DNA from: Candidatus Woesebacteria bacterium | Lineage (GTDB): Bacteria; Patescibacteriota; Microgenomatia; UBA8517 | Direction: 5' to 3' | Assembly: GCA_013374835.1 (NCBI GenBank) | Contig: CP055307.1 | Span: 471,315 to 535,314 of the forward strand | DNA: 64,000 nucleotides | In this document: piece by piece, positions 59,043 to 64,000 of the stretch | Layout of the letters: the number at the start of each line of letters is the position of its first letter | How positions within the stretch are numbered: the stretch's first letter is position 1 | Notes under the pieces: generated by a model | The model's database searches: none | Seen by the model: only the letters and a program-made list of their open reading frames with translations | What the model was told of the DNA's origin: nothing | Program-made: the position numbers and the translations under genes

Positions 59043-60687
59043 TTTTGACATAGTAAGACTTATTCTTCTTTTCTTTTTGATAGTCCCAACTTTTCGTTGG
59101 CTTTTGAGACCCGGTTATTTTAGTATGCATGATGATATGCAGGCGATGAGAGTTCTTCAGTTGGGTAAGTGCATTGAGGATTTGCAGATTCCCTGCCGTT
59201 GGGTGCCTGATATGGGGTATGGTTATGGATATCCTCAATTTAATTATTACGGACCTTTGCCGTACTATTTAATGTATTTTGTTTCTTTGTCAAACTTTGG
59301 GGTTTTAGAGAGTGTTAAAGCGGGATTTGTGCTCAGCATAATAGTTGGAGCTTTTGGAATGTATCTTTGGGGGCGAAAACTTTGGGGAAGCTATGGGGGT
59401 TTTATTTCTTCGATTGTTTATGCTTATTTGCCTTATAAGGCTTTAGATATTTACGTCAGGGGAGCGATGTCTGAGTCTTGGGCATTTTCAATTCTGCCTT
59501 TTGTTTTTTGGTCGATCGAGCTATGTTTCTCACGAAACAAACATGCAGTGATTTATCTTTCCCTATCCTTCTCTGCTCTTTTGATGTCGCACAATATTAC
59601 TACAATGATTGCTATGCCTTTTATTGTTTTATGGGTTTTAATTCGTTTCTTAACTATAAAAGGAAACGATCGACTTCAATTTGTAAAAAATTTATTTATT
59701 GGATTTTTTTTGGGATTTTTAACATCCTCTTTTTATCTGATTCCCGCTTTTTTGGAGAAGAAATATGTGCATGTTGAGACTTTAACTTACGGATACTTTG
59801 ATTATCGAAGACACTTTGTAGGTTTGTTTCAGCTTCTTTTTTCAAGCTTTTGGGGATATGGTTCTTCGGAGATCGGGCCTTATGACGAGCTTAATTTAAG
59901 CATTGGATTGGTCCCTCTTATTTTGCCTATTTTGGGACTTTTGGGGCATTTTTTGGTGAAAAAAAACCGAAAATTTTATTTGTTTCTTACTCTTTTTCTT
60001 TTTGGTTGGGCTAGTTTGTTTTTAATACACCCCAGATCCGTTTTTATTTGGAACAGTCTTCCTCTTTTAAAATATGTTCAATTTCCTTGGCGTTTCTTGG
60101 CTCTTTCCGGCTTATTTTTAAGTGCGTGCTCTGGTTTTTTTACTTATTTAATTGTAAAAGCAAAATTTCGGACAGTTCTGCTTATAACCGGGATAATTGT
60201 GTTTTTATATTCAAGTTATTTTCAACCGAAAGACATGTTTATTATTAGTGATAATGAAAAATTTTCAGGTGAACTTTGGGAGAAGCAAAGAACGATAAGT
60301 ATTTTTGACTATTTACCTAAGTCTGCTCAGTTTCCGCCGGGCGAGGCGGCTTCGGATAAACCTATCCTCATTGACGGAGATATTGATATTTTATCTTATT
60401 TTAAAGGAAGCAATTGGTATAGGTGGAAAATAAGTGTTAGCCGTGAAAGCGTTATGAAACTACCAATTATCTATTTTCCAAACTGGTCCGTTTGGATAGA
60501 CGGGAGTGTTTCCTCTTTTTCATACGATAATCCTTTAGGTCTTATAACGATTCGGGTACCACCTGGTAAGCATGAGATATATGCAAAACTTTTGGATACC
60601 AATATCAGGAAGGTGTCAAATTATATGTCATTTTTAGGATTGATACTAATTTCTTATTTATTGTATAAAATTAAGACCGATGATTAA
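59023..60687 (+). CDS. YfhO/PTPS-related GT-C membrane protein, paralog 1
   Basis: HDD, RW.PD..YGYG.P.FNYY, RGA..E, QFPWRF, YFP.W. Confidence 0.85.
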   Translation: MRKKKNNFDIVRLILLFFLIVPTFRWLLRPGYFSMHDDMQAMRVLQLGKCIEDLQIPCRWVPDMGYGYGYPQFNYYGPLPYYLMYFVSLSNFGVLESVKAGFVLSIIVGAFGMYLWGRKLWGSYGGFISSIVYAYLPYKALDIYVRGAMSESWAFSILPFVFWSIELCFSRNKHAVIYLSLSFSALLMSHNITTMIAMPFIVLWVLIRFLTIKGNDRLQFVKNLFIGFFLGFLTSSFYLIPAFLEKKYVHVETLTYGYFDYRRHFVGLFQLLFSSFWGYGSSEIGPYDELNLSIGLVPLILPILGLLGHFLVKKNRKFYLFLTLFLFGWASLFLIHPRSVFIWNSLPLLKYVQFPWRFLALSGLFLSACSGFFTYLIVKAKFRTVLLITGIIVFLYSSYFQPKDMFIISDNEKFSGELWEKQRTISIFDYLPKSAQFPPGEAASDKPILIDGDIDILSYFKGSNWYRWKISVSRESVMKLPIIYFPNWSVWIDGSVSSFSYDNPLGLITIRVPPGKHEIYAKLLDTNIRKVSNYMSFLGLILISYLLYKIKTDD

Positions 60688-62362
60688 GAAAATATCTATA
60701 TTTATAATTATAATTTTGTCGTTGCCGACTTTTTATTATCTAACCAGGCCTGGATATTTTAGTATGCACGACGACCTTCAGATTATGAGGATTTATGAGC
60801 TTGAGAGATGTTTTAATGACGGTCAGGTTCCTTGCCGCTGGTCACCCGATATGACTTTTGGTTACGGACAAGCGATGTTTAATTTTTATAGTGTGCTTCC
60901 TTATTATTTTGGTTTTTTTATAAAAAGTATATTTGCAATAAGTATTGTTGATACGGTAAAAATACTTTTTCTTTTATCATTGGTGATTGGAAGTATTGGA
61001 ATGTTTCTTCTTTCTTCTGAGTTTTGGGGAGTTTTGATTGGTATCTTATCCTCTATATTTTATGCTTATGCTCCATATAGGGCTTTGAATGTTTATGTAA
61101 GAGGCGCATTGGCCGAATCATTCGCCCTTGCTTTTTACCCTTTTGTTTGGTACTCGCTTTATAAATTGATAGAAAAGAAGCAATTTAAATGGATGGCTTT
61201 ATCATCCATTTTTTTAGCGTTTCTTTTTATGACACACAATATCTCGACTATGATTTTTTTTTCTTTTAGCGTTTTATGGATTATTTTTTGGATAATTAAA
61301 TTTAGAAAGGTTTCGGCTTTACAGGATCTATTTTTGTCGGGCGTATTGGGTTTGGGTATGGCATCTTTTTTTCTGGTGCCTGCTTTTTTTGAAAGAAGTC
61401 TTATAAAGGATGATCTTTTTACTCGAGATTATTTTGAATTTCATGCACATTTTGTGTCATTAAGACAGCTTTTTTGGGATAGAGAATGGGGTTTTGGCCC
61501 TTCGATATTCGGAGACCGCGATGATTTGTCTTTTCAAGTGGGGATGGTTCACGCTGCCAGCTTGTTTTTAGGCGGAACAGTTTTTATTATTAGGTTTTTG
61601 TTTTTGAAAAAGCATGATTATAAGGACTATTTGTTTGCTGTCTTGGGAGCTTCTTCCGTTATTGCTCTTTTTATGGCACATTCGAGATCCACATCTTTGT
61701 GGTTTTTGATACCGATTCTTTCTTATGTGCAGTTTCCATGGAGGTTTATTGGTATTTGTGTTTTTTTAATTTCTTTGTCTGCTGGTTATCTTTTTCAAAG
61801 ATTGGGCGTATTTAGATATTTTTTTATTTTTTTGGTCGGGGTGGCTTTAGTTTTTTTTAATTATTCTTATTTTAAGCCGGAGCACTTGTTTTATTCCGAG
61901 ACCGATGAAACAAAACTTTCAGGAGAACTTTTTGATATTCAAAGAAAGGCGGCTCCATTGGACTATTTGCCTGTTACGGTTGACAGAGCGCCAGAAGAAT
62001 TAGCTCCTGAAAAACCTTTTTTTGAATCAGGTTTTGGTGACATAAGAAATTTTGTTTATCGAACCAATTATTTTTTCTTTGATGCGGAAGTTTATGAGAA
62101 AGGAAGAATTTTGGTACCAATTATTTATTTTCCTAGGTGGGTAATATTAGTAAATGACAACCTTTATGAGTTTGAAATTCAAAAAGATAACGGACTTATT
62201 GCCCTAAATCTTGAAAAGGGCAAATATATTGTGAGGGGACGCTTTGAAAATACGCCAATAAGAGATTTTGCTAACGGCCTAAGTATAATTTCTTTTACAG
62301 TTTTATTTTTTTTGTACATTGCTTATATTAATAAAAATAAAGTGTTATGGTACAAAGATTAA
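60680..62362 (+). CDS. YfhO/PTPS-related GT-C membrane protein, paralog 2
   Basis: Same motif series as paralog 1. Confidence 0.85.
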   Translation: MIKKISIFIIIILSLPTFYYLTRPGYFSMHDDLQIMRIYELERCFNDGQVPCRWSPDMTFGYGQAMFNFYSVLPYYFGFFIKSIFAISIVDTVKILFLLSLVIGSIGMFLLSSEFWGVLIGILSSIFYAYAPYRALNVYVRGALAESFALAFYPFVWYSLYKLIEKKQFKWMALSSIFLAFLFMTHNISTMIFFSFSVLWIIFWIIKFRKVSALQDLFLSGVLGLGMASFFLVPAFFERSLIKDDLFTRDYFEFHAHFVSLRQLFWDREWGFGPSIFGDRDDLSFQVGMVHAASLFLGGTVFIIRFLFLKKHDYKDYLFAVLGASSVIALFMAHSRSTSLWFLIPILSYVQFPWRFIGICVFLISLSAGYLFQRLGVFRYFFIFLVGVALVFFNYSYFKPEHLFYSETDETKLSGELFDIQRKAAPLDYLPVTVDRAPEELAPEKPFFESGFGDIRNFVYRTNYFFFDAEVYEKGRILVPIIYFPRWVILVNDNLYEFEIQKDNGLIALNLEKGKYIVRGRFENTPIRDFANGLSIISFTVLFFLYIAYINKNKVLWYKD

Positions 62363-63978
62363 TTTTTTTTGTTTTTTTAATTTTTTTGTTGCCGGCTGTG
62401 CTTCCACTTGTTAAATCTGGTTTTTATGAGCCCCATGATCTTCATCATTTAGCAGATATTTATGAGATGTATAGGGCAATAGAATCTCGGCAGATTCCAC
62501 CGAGATGGGGTCCTGATTTTATGTATGGAAGCGGGTATCCTTTATTTAATTTTTATTATCTAACCCCATTTTATTTGGGTGCTTTGTTTTACTTTATCTT
62601 TGGGAGTTTGACTCTTAGTTTTAAGATGGTGTTGTTGGTGAGTGCTGCTAGCGGATTTGTTTTTATGTTTTTATTTCTTCGAGAGTTTTTTGATCGCTAC
62701 TCTTCTTTTGCTGGATCCGTGCTTTTTTTGTACACCCCGTATCGGGCGGTTCAGATTTACGTAAGAGGCGCTATGGGAGAAGCGCTTGCTCTTTCTTTTT
62801 TTCCTTTGGTCTTGTTTTTTTTGGTTAAGCTTTATAAGGAGAAAAGCCACAGATATTTAGTTTTCTCAGCCTTTTCAATAGCAGTTCTTATATTAACGCA
62901 TAACTATTTTTGGGTACTTGCTTTTCCACTTTCCGTTTTGATGCTTTTTTGTATGGGTGTCCGGTTTGGTGATTTAAAAAGGTATGTAATTAGTTTTGTT
63001 TTTGCTATTGGTCTTTGTTTTTATTGGATTATTCCTGCCTTGGTTGAACAGAGATATGTAGGCAGTAAAACTCCGTTTTTATTAGTTGATCATTTTCCTT
63101 TTATCAAGCAGCTTATTTTACCGAGCTGGGGGTATGGAAGCTCGGTTTGGGGAGAGGGAGATGAGATATCTTTTCAGATTGGAATTCTTAACCTTTTAAT
63201 TATCGTTTTAGTATGTTTGTTTGCGGCTTTTAACTTTAGAAGATTGTTGAGAGATAAATATAGATATTTTTGGTTTTTAATGCCTTTAACTTTTTTTGTT
63301 TTGGTGTTTTTTATGAACATAAGATCTTACCCTATTTGGCAGATTATTCCTTTTTTTGATTTTATTCAATTTCCATGGAGGTTACTTATGTTTACAACGT
63401 TTGTTACATCTTTTTTGACGGCTCTTTTGATTAATGGGTTAAAAAGAGGAGCTTTTTTTGCTGTTTTATTATCTATTGCTGCGATTATAATTAATTATTC
63501 TTATTTTAAGCCTAGCAAGGTTGTTTATAAAAATGATGAAGTTTATTTGGAGCGTTTTTTTGAGAGCAAAGATTATAGCGAGGATTATTTGCTTTTGCCT
63601 ATTTGGAGTGAATCGCGTCCCAAACCATTTGATAGAAAGTACGGTATCGAAAAAGGGAGTGTGACAAAGGCTATAAATAAAAACAATCTTGAGTGGTATT
63701 TTGTTTATCAGTCTCCTAGTGATACTAGTCTTGAGTTTAGAAGTCTTTATTTCCCAGGATGGGGTGCGAAAGTTGATGGAGTTGAAATCCCTATACGGCC
63801 GACTGAGATTTACGGGCAGATTAGTGTTGAAGTGCCTGCTGGTGAGCATAGGATTGACTTTTTTTGGAGTGAGAATGCTATTAGATTGGTTTCTGATTTG
63901 ATAAGTGTATTTTCGATAATCGTTTTAGTATTTATAGTCGTTAAAAAGCCGAGATGGTGGATTTTGGGTTTGTCTTGA
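62347..63978 (+). CDS. YfhO/PTPS-related GT-C membrane protein, paralog 3
   Basis: Same motif series as paralog 1. Confidence 0.85.
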   Translation: MVQRLIFFVFLIFLLPAVLPLVKSGFYEPHDLHHLADIYEMYRAIESRQIPPRWGPDFMYGSGYPLFNFYYLTPFYLGALFYFIFGSLTLSFKMVLLVSAASGFVFMFLFLREFFDRYSSFAGSVLFLYTPYRAVQIYVRGAMGEALALSFFPLVLFFLVKLYKEKSHRYLVFSAFSIAVLILTHNYFWVLAFPLSVLMLFCMGVRFGDLKRYVISFVFAIGLCFYWIIPALVEQRYVGSKTPFLLVDHFPFIKQLILPSWGYGSSVWGEGDEISFQIGILNLLIIVLVCLFAAFNFRRLLRDKYRYFWFLMPLTFFVLVFFMNIRSYPIWQIIPFFDFIQFPWRLLMFTTFVTSFLTALLINGLKRGAFFAVLLSIAAIIINYSYFKPSKVVYKNDEVYLERFFESKDYSEDYLLLPIWSESRPKPFDRKYGIEKGSVTKAINKNNLEWYFVYQSPSDTSLEFRSLYFPGWGAKVDGVEIPIRPTEIYGQISVEVPAGEHRIDFFWSENAIRLVSDLISVFSIIVLVFIVVKKPRWWILGLS

Positions 63979-64000
63979 TAATCCTAAATGCAGTGCTTTG

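Noticed and set aside
2949-63901. Numerous 60-135 aa ORFs antisense to or nested in long genes
   Set aside because: Shadow ORFs of well-supported CDSs, with no motifs.

Overview
AT-rich bacterial DNA, standard code, with gene content typical of Patescibacteria/CPR (Microgenomates-like; inferred). Three zones. (1) 1-15 kb: AbiEii-type TA pair, a type IV pilus cluster (pilB, pilC, minor pilins, pilMN/O, major pilin), a compact cobalamin-riboswitch-like RNA, UbiA and a histidine kinase. (2) 15.2-29.4 kb: a compositionally distinct accessory island. (3) 29.4-64 kb: a second minor-pilin set, rmlABCD, trmD and a long run of GT2/GT-C glycosylation genes. The main discovery candidate is at 15.2-22.2 kb, where three dispersed cassettes share one architecture. 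Each starts with a promoter whose -35/-10 spacer is a (TTC)n microsatellite (n=3, 4, 6, giving spacers of 11, 14, 20 bp; n=5 would give the canonical 17 bp). This is followed by a conserved ~270-nt rod-shaped RNA leader with compensatory changes, an unrelated small ORF with a strong SD, a branched terminator-like RNA, and then an AT-rich partner gene (helical paralog family, M3-like HExxH peptidase, or sigma-region-2-only protein). The pattern suggests a phase-variable small-effector/partner system that I do not recognise; its function is inferred only.
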